Origin: Gemmatimonadota bacterium | GTDB taxonomy: Bacteria > Gemmatimonadota > Gemmatimonadetes > Gemmatimonadales > GWC2-71-9 | Direction: 5' to 3' | Assembly (NCBI GenBank): GCA_039586365.1 | Contig: JBDHKN010000012.1 | Span: forward strand, 1 to 64,000 | Length of the DNA stretch: 64,000 bases | Shown: piece after piece, positions 27,349-37,580 of the stretch | How positions within the stretch are numbered: the stretch's first letter is position 1 | How the letters are laid out: each line of letters opens with the position of its first letter | Program-made: the position numbers and the translations under genes | The notes under the pieces: model-generated | Database searches by the model: none | What the model was told of the DNA's origin: nothing | Seen by the model: the letters and a program-made list of their open reading frames with translations, nothing else

Positions 27349-29802
27349 GTGTACGACCTGCGCTCCTCCGTCCGTGGCCTACGCCGGCGGCCGTTCTACC
27401 CCATCGTTGCGGTGGGCATCTTGGCGCTCGGTCTCTCCGCCAGCATTGCAGTCTTCACCTACATCAACGGGTTCTATCAGCCGTTTCCAGGAGCGGACGC
27501 GCGGCGGCTGGTCCGGATCTTCGGGGTCGTGAACGAAGACCCCTACCAGAACGTCTCGTACCTGGATTTTCTCGACTACTCCAAGGCGGACAGGGCGTTT
27601 GAGGGCATCGCCGCGACGCAAGCCAACTATGCTGCAAGCGTGCGCCACGAAACCATGACCGAGGTCGCGTTCCTCGAAGCGGTCTCAGGCAACTACTTCT
27701 CCGTGCTGGGTATCGAGCTGAGTGTCGGCCGCGGCATCTCGTCAGCTGACGATCGCCCCGGGGCGGATCCCGTGGCCGTCCTGTCCCACAGTTGGTGGCA
27801 GCGCAGCTTCAATGGATCACCGTCGGTGATCGGCTCCACCGTGTTTCTCAACTTTCGGCCTTTCACCGTGGTGGGTGTAGCGTCACCGGAGTTTCTGGGA
27901 ACCGGCTCCAACTTCCGACCGGACGTTTGGATTCCCATCGCGCCGTTCAAAGACAGGTATACCAACTGGGCGGCGCTATCCGAAGACCGTGACGTCCCAC
28001 TGGTCCGAGTATACGGACGGCTGCGGGCCCGTGTCGGTGAGAGACAGGCGCAGGCGGAGTTGCAGGCGATCGCGACGGGGCTGGATGACGTCTATCCAGG
28101 ACGGGACGAGCCACGTCGCCTCCGCATTGACGCCGCGACATGGATCGATCCGCGCGCCAGACTCGCCGAGACCCCCACGGTCCGCCTGATGGTGGCAGCT
28201 GCAGGTGGGCTGCTACTGCTGGTGTGTGCCAACGTGGCAAACCTGCTTCTGGCGGTGGCACTGGGACGCCAGCGTGAGATGTCGGTGCGGGCGGCGCTCG
28301 GAGCCTCTCCCGGCCGACTCATTCGGCAGGTCCTGATCGAGAATGTGCTGCTCTCGGCCGCAGCGGGTGGCGTGGCATTGCTGCTGGCCGGACCAGCCAG
28401 TGCTCGCCTGGGCTCGTACTTCGCGCGACCCAGCGTATGGGGTGCCAACGTGGCCCGCGAGGCGACGGTTGATCTACGGGTCGTTGCCTTCGCGGTTGGT
28501 GTATCCGTGATCACGGGCGTTGTTGCGGGCATGCTACCCGCTATTCGTGCGTCACGGAGGGATCTGCTGGACACTCTCAAGACTGGCGCCGACGTGCTGC
28601 TGGGCGGTCCCAAGTTGATCTGGGGACGGCGGGTACCTGGCGTTAACGATGTTCTGGTGGCCGCCCAGGTGGCCCTGTCCGTGGTGCTCTTGGTGGTTGC
28701 TGGCCTCCTGTTGCGGACCTTCGTCTCGGTGGGCAGTCTCGATCCAGGGTTCTCGTACGATCGCCTGTTGGTGACCCATGTCTCCACCAGTAGCACCACA
28801 CTGGAGATCGCTGACCGGGAGCGCTTCTTCAGGGAACTTGCGGCGGGGGTCGCCGAGGAACCCTGGGTGCGTGCGGCCACGGTGGCGGACTTCCCTCTGC
28901 TCTCAGCTCACCTTGCAGCAGATCTACGGCTGGACGGGCAGAGCGATCCCGTTTCGTTGGTCTACTCCAAGGTGATACCGGGTTTCTTTGAGGCGTTGGG
29001 AATCGCTGTCACCCGGGGTCGCAGCATAGCTACTGCAGACACCGGCGGCGCTCCTGACGTCGCCATGGTCAATGAGAGCCTGGCCCGGCGGTTCTTTGCC
29101 GGGCAAGAGCCTGTGGGACGACGCATCCGGTGGCCCAGCCGCGATGCTGAGGAGAGCCGGGTGTTTGAGATCGTCGGGGTGGTGCAGGACACCAAGACTC
29201 AAGATTTCATTGCCGACCCAGAACCGACAGTCTACTTCTCCTACCCTCAGCACGCCTATCCCTCCGGCAGCGCACTACTGGTAACCACCAATGGGGATCC
29301 GGCAGCCTATGCGCCGCAACTGTATCGCTGGTTGCGGGACTTCGAACCGCATCTGGCAATCGTCAACGTGGTGCCTTACCCCGACGTGGTTCGGGGATTC
29401 CTCTACACGCAGCGGATGAACGCGGAACTCTTCTCCGTATTGGCGTTCGTCGGGCTGGGACTTGCTGCGGTTGGGATCTTCAGCGTCATGAGCTTGGCAG
29501 TCAATCGGCGGATACGGGAAATCGGAATCCGCATGTCTATTGGCGCCAAGCGAGCCGACATCGGCCGCCTGATGGTCAGACGTGCCCTGGTTCCGGTGGC
29601 GCTGGGGCTCGGCATAGGGCTGGGGGCTTCCTTGGCCGCAACCGGGCTGGTGCGCAGCCTGCTCTACGGCGTCCAACCCGGTGACCCGCTCACGTTGGTT
29701 GGCGGGGCGGTGTTGCTCGTGGTGACTGCTTTGCTAGCCGCGTACATACCTGCCCGCCGCGCAGCCGCGGTGGACCCGGTGCTGGCGCTACGTCAGGAGT
29801 GA
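27349..29802 (+). CDS. Duplicated MacB/FtsX-type ABC permease (ADOP family)
   Basis: DLRSSVRGLRRRP, LLVCANVANLLL, REMSVRAALGA, REIGIRMSIGA, PARRAAAVDPVLALRQE. Confidence 0.92.
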   Translation: MYDLRSSVRGLRRRPFYPIVAVGILALGLSASIAVFTYINGFYQPFPGADARRLVRIFGVVNEDPYQNVSYLDFLDYSKADRAFEGIAATQANYAASVRHETMTEVAFLEAVSGNYFSVLGIELSVGRGISSADDRPGADPVAVLSHSWWQRSFNGSPSVIGSTVFLNFRPFTVVGVASPEFLGTGSNFRPDVWIPIAPFKDRYTNWAALSEDRDVPLVRVYGRLRARVGERQAQAELQAIATGLDDVYPGRDEPRRLRIDAATWIDPRARLAETPTVRLMVAAAGGLLLLVCANVANLLLAVALGRQREMSVRAALGASPGRLIRQVLIENVLLSAAAGGVALLLAGPASARLGSYFARPSVWGANVAREATVDLRVVAFAVGVSVITGVVAGMLPAIRASRRDLLDTLKTGADVLLGGPKLIWGRRVPGVNDVLVAAQVALSVVLLVVAGLLLRTFVSVGSLDPGFSYDRLLVTHVSTSSTTLEIADRERFFRELAAGVAEEPWVRAATVADFPLLSAHLAADLRLDGQSDPVSLVYSKVIPGFFEALGIAVTRGRSIATADTGGAPDVAMVNESLARRFFAGQEPVGRRIRWPSRDAEESRVFEIVGVVQDTKTQDFIADPEPTVYFSYPQHAYPSGSALLVTTNGDPAAYAPQLYRWLRDFEPHLAIVNVVPYPDVVRGFLYTQRMNAELFSVLAFVGLGLAAVGIFSVMSLAVNRRIREIGIRMSIGAKRADIGRLMVRRALVPVALGLGIGLGASLAATGLVRSLLYGVQPGDPLTLVGGAVLLVVTALLAAYIPARRAAAVDPVLALRQE

Positions 29803-30165
29803 GAGGAGGGACAGCTTATGGCTTCCCCTCTCAGGAGTAATCCCAGCAACTTGTGCGAGAAGAGGATAGACCAGGTCTCTCAAGACGGGGCTCTGCAAGT
29901 GATTGTCAGCCGCTTACTGGGTGCTTGAATGATCGCTCCGGCCGTGGACTTGGCGTGGACCTTGCTGCTCGATGCTCGGGCTGGTCTCGACTGACGCAGG
30001 TCGACCCGGCCAGTGACGGTGGTCACATCGCTATTGCACGGCCCAGACCGTACCTTTGTGACGCCACGGACATTGGAGACATTCAATTTGCCGCTCTCCC
30101 TGGACCACGTCGCAGCGGCCGGTGCTGACTGTAACCGGATCGAGCTCAAACTCGGAGCCGGTAGC

Positions 30166-31347
30166 ATGTACGCTGGCTGCGTCGGCAGAAGGCCGCGGAT
30201 CTCGACCGTCGCCGGTCTGTTAACCCTCATTGCGCTCGGCCCGCTGGCGCTGGTGAGCCAGGCCCGCGCCCAGGTCGCAACCCCCAACCCAAGCCAGAAG
30301 GTTCCGGGCTTGAGATCCCATCTCAACGTACAGTATGGTGTTGATTTCTTTGGGCTCGGCCTGTATCGATCGGCCCTGCGCGCCAGCGCACTCGATCCGC
30401 TCGTCACGGTGCGGGGTGCGGTGAGTACGTGGGGTGGGATCCTCATGGAGTCCGCGGTTGCGAAGCGGCTGGGGCACTCGCCTTGGTCAACGGCGCTGAT
30501 GGGCAGCCTGTCGACCATGGAACGGAATCGGTTCTATGGTTTCGGCAACAGCACAGACGCCGGCCGTCCCGGGTCCTACTACCAGCTCGAACAGGTGCAG
30601 CTCAGGCTGGCAGCCTCGGTCACGTGGGATCTCCCTGGCGACGGCAACTACGCGACACTTGGGCCACTGATCGAGCAGCTTACCACAGAGGACGAGCTGG
30701 AGATCGGTCGCGGTGAAGACGACCCCGACGGCGGTGTGGTCGCTGACCTCAGGCCCTATGGCGTTGGGCGGTTTCGCAAAATGGGGGTCGGGACCGCTGT
30801 TGGTTTTGGATCGGCGGGCCCCCAGTCCGGAGCAGCTGTGGGATTGAGGTTCGACGCCGGAGCCCGCATGTATCCCGCGTGGCTGGATCTCACCAGTCCG
30901 CTGGCGGTGACCACGGCAACTGTGACGGCGTTCGCTATCATGCACTGGGCGCTCGAGCCTGCGGTCTCCGTTCGCCTCAGCGCAGAGCGCGTGTTCGGTG
31001 ACGCGCCATTTCACGAGTCCGTCTTCTTGGGTGGGCGGCGGTCACTGCGCGGGTTCCAGAAACAGCGCTACGCTGGGGACCTCGCTCTGGCGTTCAACTC
31101 TGAGCTGCGCCTCAACCCGTTGCGGTTAAAGGTAGCCGGTCGGCCAATCGAAGGCGGTCCGCTCGCGCTGTTGGATGTGGGTCGGGTGTACGTAAATGGC
31201 ACATCACCCGGTGGGTGGCACATTGGGGCCGGTGGCGGCCTCTGGCTGCGCGACGATCGGTCGCAACGCACCGTGAGTGCCGCACTGGTGCGAAGCTCCG
31301 AGGGGATGCGTGCCTACGTAGCGGTTGGCTTCCCCTTCTGGCCCTGA
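30166..31347 (+). CDS. OMP85/BamA-TamA-like outer-membrane beta-barrel without POTRA domains
   Basis: Signal peptide ending ARA-Q; FYGFGN, LGGRRSLRGFQKQRYAGD, DVGRV, terminal YVAVGFPF. Confidence 0.75.
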   Translation: MYAGCVGRRPRISTVAGLLTLIALGPLALVSQARAQVATPNPSQKVPGLRSHLNVQYGVDFFGLGLYRSALRASALDPLVTVRGAVSTWGGILMESAVAKRLGHSPWSTALMGSLSTMERNRFYGFGNSTDAGRPGSYYQLEQVQLRLAASVTWDLPGDGNYATLGPLIEQLTTEDELEIGRGEDDPDGGVVADLRPYGVGRFRKMGVGTAVGFGSAGPQSGAAVGLRFDAGARMYPAWLDLTSPLAVTTATVTAFAIMHWALEPAVSVRLSAERVFGDAPFHESVFLGGRRSLRGFQKQRYAGDLALAFNSELRLNPLRLKVAGRPIEGGPLALLDVGRVYVNGTSPGGWHIGAGGGLWLRDDRSQRTVSAALVRSSEGMRAYVAVGFPFWP

Positions 31348-31426
31348 GCTGGTGAAGCCGATGCTCGGCCCCTAGGGCCGGGCGGTCGCAGGGGCATCCC
31401 TACAGCGAGCCCGGGTTCCTCCGGGG

Positions 31427-34078
31427 TCAAATGAGTTGGTGCAGTTTCGCTACCAGGCCGTCGTATTCGCTGCCCGCAAAGCAGTACCGTCGCTCGAGGA
31501 ATCGCCCCCTGAACGCGGCAACCTCATTCTTCACGCGCTTGTCGTGTACCACCACGTCGCGAATCAGTTGGGCCAGTTCCTGGAAATCCGCTGCTTCCAT
31601 GCCGAAACGCGTCATCTCCGCGACGCCCATGCGCAAGCCCCCTGACGCCGTGAACCCCTCTTCTCCGGGCAGCGCCTGGTAGTTGACGACTATGTTGTTG
31701 TCTTCCAACCGCTGCGCGATCTCAGGGCCCTTAGTGTAGCCAACGGTGACTATCACCTGGTGGGTCTCCGTGTAACCATCGGCCGGATCGCCGGCGACCG
31801 TGAGACCGCAGTCGTGCAAGGCGCGGGCGAGCGCTTTGGCGTTGGCCAGAACCTTGGGTTGGTACTCCTCCTTGAAATGATTCATCTCGTAGGCAGCCAG
31901 GAGGAGGCCCAACAGTGTGCCGAGATGGTGGTTACTCACGCTTCCTGGGAAGGCCCTACGGCGGACCGCTTCCCACAGCGGGTACGCCACGTCGTTTTCA
32001 CCGTAGTTGGCAGCTATGATACCGCGCTGCGTGCCGAAGTAGGTCTTGTGAGTGGAGCCGGTAACGATGTTGGCCCCCTCTTTGAAAGGCTCCTGAAAGT
32101 GAGGGCCAACCAGGCCGAGCACGTGGGCCATATCGTACATCAGCACGCATGCGAGACCGCTGTCATCGATGATGCGCCGCACTGCGGTAACCGGCTCGCG
32201 GTAGAGGACCATGCTCTTTCCCAGTATGATCAGCTCCGGTCGTTCTTCCGCTATGAGCCGCTCGCAGGCGGCGATATCGATCTTGTAGGGATTGTCTGCG
32301 AGCACTGGGAAGTTCACCACTGCGGGCCGTTCGGTTACCGGATTCCGCGCCACGAAGTCGCGCAGTGCCCCCATCGGCTGCGCGCTGAGGTGGCCACCTC
32401 GGATTATGTGGTTGTTGAGAACCTTGCGCAGCCGCCGTTGCTCGCTCTTGCGATCGCAGCGGTTGATGTAGTCCACCATCGCGCTGAACACAGCCGCATT
32501 CGCCATCTGGCCCGAGACGAGGCGCGCCTCCACCTCCGTGCAGCCCAGAAACGTGCGTAGCTCACCCTCGAGCAGTTGTTCAACCTCCGCGATGAAGCCC
32601 GTTCCCTGGTAGAAGAAGACCTCCAGGTCATTGAAGGCCTTGAGCGCCCGGTGCTCGGCGTAGCGACAGACGGGGTCCATCACCGAGAGCAGCCGCGTCA
32701 TGACCGACGGGCTTTGCTCGGAGGGAATCAGGTTGACGCACTGTTGCTGGCGCCACTCCGCATTCGCTATCGCCTTCTCGAGCAGGATTTGCACGTCCTT
32801 GCTTACTGCCGGCGTGGGCGGTGCTACCTCGGCTCGCTCAAACAGTTGCTCGTATGTTATCGGGTGGGTGTACGGCGGCGCTTCGCTGCGGAGATGATAG
32901 GGCACGATGACCGCCTCACGCCGCCTACCTCTGATCTCGACCTCCAACCGTTCACCATCAAGCAGATTGCTGTCCAGCAGTGCCAGGCCGATGGCCCGCT
33001 GCGCTGTCTCGGCGGCAATCGTACTGGCCAGTCCCTCTCCGTCCTGCCGCCAGTACGGTACCATCGTGCCGCTCGTGATCCAGCCGACCGGCTTCTCCCC
33101 TTGGAAAACCGGACTGCCTGCCCGTGCGATCCCCTTCTCGGCCAGCGCCACGGGCCGTACGCGCCGGGGTAGCTTGGCCGCCGCATGGTAGTCGCGCCGC
33201 ATGATGGCGCGGAGGGCTTCAAACTGGGCGTTCAGCGCATCCCTGCCGATGAACTGACCCTTGAGGGGCGAGAAGCTGACCCCAAGACGGGCCGCGGCGA
33301 TGGCGAATATCGGGATCTCGCCGCCGGCAGGGTCGCTGCCCAGCTCATGCCCGTAGAGTGGCAGGGATGCCTCGAGCCGGAGGGTGTCGCGTGCGCCGAG
33401 GCCTACCGGGGCAGCGCCACGCTGGCACAACAGGTCCCACAGCGTACCTGCCTCGTCACTAGCGATGAAGATTTCGAAGCAAAGAGGCTCACCGGTGTAA
33501 CCGGTTCTGGCAATCCTGACCGGTGCTCCCTGGATCGTCGCGTCGCTCAGGGCATTCCGCATCGGCTCGGGTAGGGCTCCACCCTCAATCACCCCCTCGA
33601 GGATCTCTTTGGAGCGTGGCCCTTGCAGGCTCAGCAGGGCAATGGCGCTGGTTTGATCCACCAACTCGACACCGGGGAACCGCTGCGCCACCTCTTGGAG
33701 GTGATTCCAATCGGTCGCGCGGTTCGCGGCGTTGACGACCAGGTCGTAGCTATCAGAGTCATACCGGTAGAGATAGGCATCATCTATCGCTCCGCCCTGC
33801 TCGTTGGGGATCAGCGTGTACTGACTGGTTCCGACATCCAGTGCCGCCGCGTTGTTGGTCAGGACGTGTTGCAGGAACGGGAGCGGGGCGGGCCCGCCGA
33901 TGCGAAACCGACCCATGTGGGACACGTCGAAGATTCCGGCCCGCTTGCGGGTCGCCAAGTGTTCCTCGAAAATGCCCGATTCGTAGTTGATGGGCATGTG
34001 CCATCCTGCAAACTCGGCCATGTGAGCGTTGAGTTTGATATGTCGGTCATGGAGGGGCGGCCTGAGAGGCTCTGGCAT
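31427..34078 (-). CDS. Fused glycine-cleavage T protein (aminomethyltransferase) and serine hydroxymethyltransferase
   Basis: N-half: FAGWHMP, FDVSHMG, RTGYTGE, GLGARDTLRLEA (GcvT). C-half: NLIPSE, DMAHVLG, GSTHKT (PLP Lys), GLRMG (GlyA). Confidence 0.92.
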   Translation of the reverse strand: MPEPLRPPLHDRHIKLNAHMAEFAGWHMPINYESGIFEEHLATRKRAGIFDVSHMGRFRIGGPAPLPFLQHVLTNNAAALDVGTSQYTLIPNEQGGAIDDAYLYRYDSDSYDLVVNAANRATDWNHLQEVAQRFPGVELVDQTSAIALLSLQGPRSKEILEGVIEGGALPEPMRNALSDATIQGAPVRIARTGYTGEPLCFEIFIASDEAGTLWDLLCQRGAAPVGLGARDTLRLEASLPLYGHELGSDPAGGEIPIFAIAAARLGVSFSPLKGQFIGRDALNAQFEALRAIMRRDYHAAAKLPRRVRPVALAEKGIARAGSPVFQGEKPVGWITSGTMVPYWRQDGEGLASTIAAETAQRAIGLALLDSNLLDGERLEVEIRGRRREAVIVPYHLRSEAPPYTHPITYEQLFERAEVAPPTPAVSKDVQILLEKAIANAEWRQQQCVNLIPSEQSPSVMTRLLSVMDPVCRYAEHRALKAFNDLEVFFYQGTGFIAEVEQLLEGELRTFLGCTEVEARLVSGQMANAAVFSAMVDYINRCDRKSEQRRLRKVLNNHIIRGGHLSAQPMGALRDFVARNPVTERPAVVNFPVLADNPYKIDIAACERLIAEERPELIILGKSMVLYREPVTAVRRIIDDSGLACVLMYDMAHVLGLVGPHFQEPFKEGANIVTGSTHKTYFGTQRGIIAANYGENDVAYPLWEAVRRRAFPGSVSNHHLGTLLGLLLAAYEMNHFKEEYQPKVLANAKALARALHDCGLTVAGDPADGYTETHQVIVTVGYTKGPEIAQRLEDNNIVVNYQALPGEEGFTASGGLRMGVAEMTRFGMEAADFQELAQLIRDVVVHDKRVKNEVAAFRGRFLERRYCFAGSEYDGLVAKLHQLI

Positions 34079-34498
34079 GGTTCACCTTTCGGGAATGTCT
34101 CCGTTGTACACTTGTCTGGCGCTCCACCGTATGGAGCGTACTGCGAAGAAATCAGCGCTGCCGGTCACAGCTGTAGTGAATTGAGGATCTGCTCGGGCAC
34201 ACCAAGGCAAAGCCCAAGATCACCGTCCCGCCCGGTGACAATGGCGTCTTGCGTCACGGTGGGTCTCATCGCAGGTCTCCCAGTGCTCCGGAATTGGAGC
34301 GAAGGTGGCGGCCTAACGTTCACTCTTAACCTGCCGCAGAAATTCTGCGCGTGCAAGGTGACAGGTGGTCGCCCGGAATAGGCCTTGAACGCTCCGGACT
34401 GTAAAACTGCACGGTTGGGGGCGGCAAAGTGTGACGGCGATCACCACGGGCCTTTACCCGCAGCGCTAGCTTCGTCTGCGATCGAAAGGCAGGTGGAG

Positions 34499-34738
34499 AT
34501 GGTGAAGCAGCGCAGCCACGCTCGTCAGTTTTCCCCTGAGGAGGTTCTGACGATACGGCGGAGGCTAAGTGAGGTGGAGAGGTCACCGATGTGCCCGCGG
34601 TGCGACCGGGATCTCATGGTTGAGTGTTCGATGGCGACTATCATGAGTGTGTCGTGGCAGGTCAGGTGCCAGCCCTGTCATAGAGTGGCATTCGTCGACG
34701 AGGTTACGGGAGAGTACGCGGCAAAGAGTGGGGAGTAG
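34499..34738 (+). CDS. Small C4 Zn-ribbon protein (79 aa)
   Basis: SD-like AGGTGGAG; FSPEEV...CPRC...VRCQPCHRVAFV, which resembles the middle domain of 1939-2730. Confidence 0.65.
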   Translation: MVKQRSHARQFSPEEVLTIRRRLSEVERSPMCPRCDRDLMVECSMATIMSVSWQVRCQPCHRVAFVDEVTGEYAAKSGE

Positions 34739-34852
34739 GCAGTAGGGGTGGGGAGCTGAGAGCGGGGAGCCGAGTAATAGTCTTGTTTCGAGCGCGACTA
34801 CGCCTCGCCGAAGTCGGACCGCGAGGTTCCGACGTACAGCCTTTAACGGGAT

Positions 34853-35416
34853 TCAGGGTCCATCTTCTGCAGGTACAGAGTCCCGCTTCCACGTTAACGA
34901 ACGTTGGTTCTTGAACCGGATCACATTGTCAATGGGTATGTAGAAGAACGACAGTTCGTTCAATCCGCCTTCATCTCTGTAGTGAACCGTGTACAGCTGT
35001 GCTAGGTCCAAGTCTTCCTGCTCGACTCTCTCGATGGTGTGGCTGGTAGAGCCGCTATCGGCGGTGCCGAACACGAGCGTGGTCTTGCCGATGTCCAGCA
35101 CGGTCTCCGCATAGCGCGGATCCGTCGTCCTCCAGGAACCGAGGATTTCGTCCGGTATCTCCCCGGCACGCTCGGGCGCTAGTGATGTGTAGAGCACCAA
35201 CGCCAGCAGTGCCAAGAGCACGACCGAGAGCATCCCCGCCAAACCGCGTCGACTGGGTCCCCGCTGCTTTGCGGGCGGGGTAGTATTGACAATCGCCGCG
35301 CTGCCCTTCGCTGGCGTCGGTTGCCACGGGATCGTTCGTGGTCTTCTCGGCGAGCCCTTCTCATCCGGCGTCGATCCCGGCTGATGTGACCGATTCTCCT
35401 CGTTTCCAGGCACCAT
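34853..35416 (-). CDS. Single-TM hypothetical protein with beta-rich C-terminal domain
   Basis: Starts 1 nt after the HD-GYP stop; TM MLSVVLLALLALVLY; IPDEILGSWRT. Confidence 0.7.
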   Translation of the reverse strand: MVPGNEENRSHQPGSTPDEKGSPRRPRTIPWQPTPAKGSAAIVNTTPPAKQRGPSRRGLAGMLSVVLLALLALVLYTSLAPERAGEIPDEILGSWRTTDPRYAETVLDIGKTTLVFGTADSGSTSHTIERVEQEDLDLAQLYTVHYRDEGGLNELSFFYIPIDNVIRFKNQRSLTWKRDSVPAEDGP

Positions 35417-35417
35417 A

Positions 35418-37571
35418 TCAAATACTCGCTTCGGCTGCTAACGCGGTTGCTGTGTGACCGCGCGGTGAGAGTCTCCTCGCCATCATAGAACGAAACGCTG
35501 TGACTATCTCTACATCGAAGTGTTCCCCCGCCAGGCCGGTGATCATCTCCACGGCGGCGGCATGTGGCATGCCGGATCGATAGGGTCGGTCCGAGGTTAT
35601 GGCATCGAACACATCTGGTACCGCGATGAGGCGTGCTAGAAACGGAATACCCGTTCCTGCCAAGCCTTGCGGATACCCCGACCCATCCCACTTCTCATGG
35701 TGGTGTAGCACTATGGGGGTGACGTTGGCGTAGGCCCTGATCGGGGTCAGTATCTGCGCGCCGATCTCCGGATGCTGCTGCATGACTCGCAGCTCATCCG
35801 CATCAAGCCGGGCCGGCTTGTCCAAGATCGAGGCAGGCACACCGATCTTGCCGATGTCGTGCAGCAGCCCCCCGCGGTGGAGCACCTCGATCTGCTCCTC
35901 GGACAACCCCATCTCCCTGGCGAGGGCCAACGCCATCTTGGTGACCCTCTCGGAGTGACCGGCTGTCCAAGACGACTTGGCATCGATGGTCCGCGCAAAT
36001 GCTGTAAGTGCTCCCAGCTTCAATTCGTCGAGCTGCTCGACCAATCGCGTATTCGAGAGCGCCACTGCCACCTGATCGGCAAGCTGACGAGCTTGCACCA
36101 GGTCCTCCGCGTCATGCTCCGGCTGATCCGAGTACGCCAGGCAGATCACCCCGGAAACCTGCTGTTTCAGAAAAACAGGCAGCACCAGGAAGTGACTCAG
36201 ACCTCGTTGGATGAAGGGCTCGATGTTCAGATAACTGCGCGGTCCCCGGGCACCGTTGGTGATTAGGTAGTCCGGGCACTCGCTCAACTCACATAACTCG
36301 GCCACCGTCGGCTGCGTTTGCTGTACGACTGTGTTGCCGGTAGCTGCATCCATGGCCATGAGTTGCCAACTGGGATCTGAATCGTCTCCAGATGAGATGC
36401 CAATTCCCACACCGTCACAGGCAAGCACCTCCCGGGTGCGCGCCAGTACGGTGTTGACGATCACATCTGTGTCGAAGGCGGACAGCACGGCTCGATCGAT
36501 CTCGTTGATCGCTGTCAGAGCACCGAATTGTCTCCCCAGACGATGTGCCATTGAGTTGAAGGACGTCGCCAGCTCTTCGAATTCATCACCACTGTGCACA
36601 ACAACTCGGCTGGCGAAATCGCGTCGTGCGATGCGTTGCGTGCCTTGCTGCAATTCCACCAGTGGCTCCATGCTGCGACGGATCTGGATATTGCTGAGCA
36701 GCAGAACCACCCAGAGAGCCAGGAGGATCACAGGAAGAAACAAGCGTTTGAAACCGGTCATGGCGGCCAGTACCGTGGCCTTGGACTCGCTCAGCACAAG
36801 GGTCCACGAGTCTGTCGCGTACTCCGCCCGGAGAAACACCGATCGATACGTAGCCACGAATTGCTCCCGCCCGGCGCTCCACTCAAATTCACCGCGACTT
36901 TCGGGGCTGATTGAGTTGCGCCATCCCTTGAGTACCTCAGACTCAACCGGGATGGAGCAGTAAAGTGGGGTCAGTGAACCGTCGAAGGCACACAGTTCCG
37001 TGTCGGCTGGCAACGCGGTACCCGCCCGCCCGGCGAACAGGTAATCCCGGTTCGGTTCCGCCCATATGGTGCCCAGTTCGGGTTTGGCAGTAGAGACGGC
37101 ACGTGCCATGAACACGCTAGCGCCGAACTCTCCAGTACCATTCGTCAGCAGTGTATTCCCGCTTCTCAGGTGCTGTTGCGCCTCTTCGTCGAGGTCCGGA
37201 ACGCTCCAGCCTGCCCCAAACAGGGGCGTCATGCGGTGGTCCTGCTCCACCCCGATCCAGGCAATGCGGGCTCCCAGAACCGAATCGCCCAACTGAACCG
37301 CCCTCGGGTCACTCCCTCGGTCACGCAAGGCCGTAGCGATGACACCCAGTTCGGCAGCCATGTAATGCAGCCGTTCGAGTAAGCCGTCGGCCGTGGCTTT
37401 GCCGGCTTGATGGACTCTGATGCGGCTCTGCTCGTAGAGCTGGCGGGACACGGTCCGGTAAGACACGATGGCCAGGGCGCCAATGGGTACCAGCGCACAG
37501 ATCACGAACAGGGCGAGCACTCTACGCGCAACCTTGGTGCGGAGAAAAGCGGTATTGATTCGCACGTTCAT
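35418..37571 (-). CDS. Membrane sensor HD-GYP phosphodiesterase (TM, periplasmic domain, TM, HAMP, GAF, HD-GYP)
   Basis: Two TM helices; HAMP PLVEL...DEFEELATSFNSM; GHSERV, LHDIGK, HHEKWDGSGYP, DVFDAITSDRPYR. Confidence 0.92.
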   Translation of the reverse strand: MNVRINTAFLRTKVARRVLALFVICALVPIGALAIVSYRTVSRQLYEQSRIRVHQAGKATADGLLERLHYMAAELGVIATALRDRGSDPRAVQLGDSVLGARIAWIGVEQDHRMTPLFGAGWSVPDLDEEAQQHLRSGNTLLTNGTGEFGASVFMARAVSTAKPELGTIWAEPNRDYLFAGRAGTALPADTELCAFDGSLTPLYCSIPVESEVLKGWRNSISPESRGEFEWSAGREQFVATYRSVFLRAEYATDSWTLVLSESKATVLAAMTGFKRLFLPVILLALWVVLLLSNIQIRRSMEPLVELQQGTQRIARRDFASRVVVHSGDEFEELATSFNSMAHRLGRQFGALTAINEIDRAVLSAFDTDVIVNTVLARTREVLACDGVGIGISSGDDSDPSWQLMAMDAATGNTVVQQTQPTVAELCELSECPDYLITNGARGPRSYLNIEPFIQRGLSHFLVLPVFLKQQVSGVICLAYSDQPEHDAEDLVQARQLADQVAVALSNTRLVEQLDELKLGALTAFARTIDAKSSWTAGHSERVTKMALALAREMGLSEEQIEVLHRGGLLHDIGKIGVPASILDKPARLDADELRVMQQHPEIGAQILTPIRAYANVTPIVLHHHEKWDGSGYPQGLAGTGIPFLARLIAVPDVFDAITSDRPYRSGMPHAAAVEMITGLAGEHFDVEIVTAFRSMMARRLSPRGHTATALAAEASI

Positions 37572-37580
37572 GACTGTTCC

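Noticed and set aside
29800..29833. Hairpin after the ADOP gene as an intrinsic terminator
   Set aside because: Imperfect stem and no U-tract; not supportable as a terminator.
34079..34498. Glycine riboswitch upstream of the gcvT-glyA fusion
   Set aside because: I could not find the paired GGAGA...CCGAAG...CTCTCAGG aptamer pattern in the intergenic minus strand; only short hairpins.
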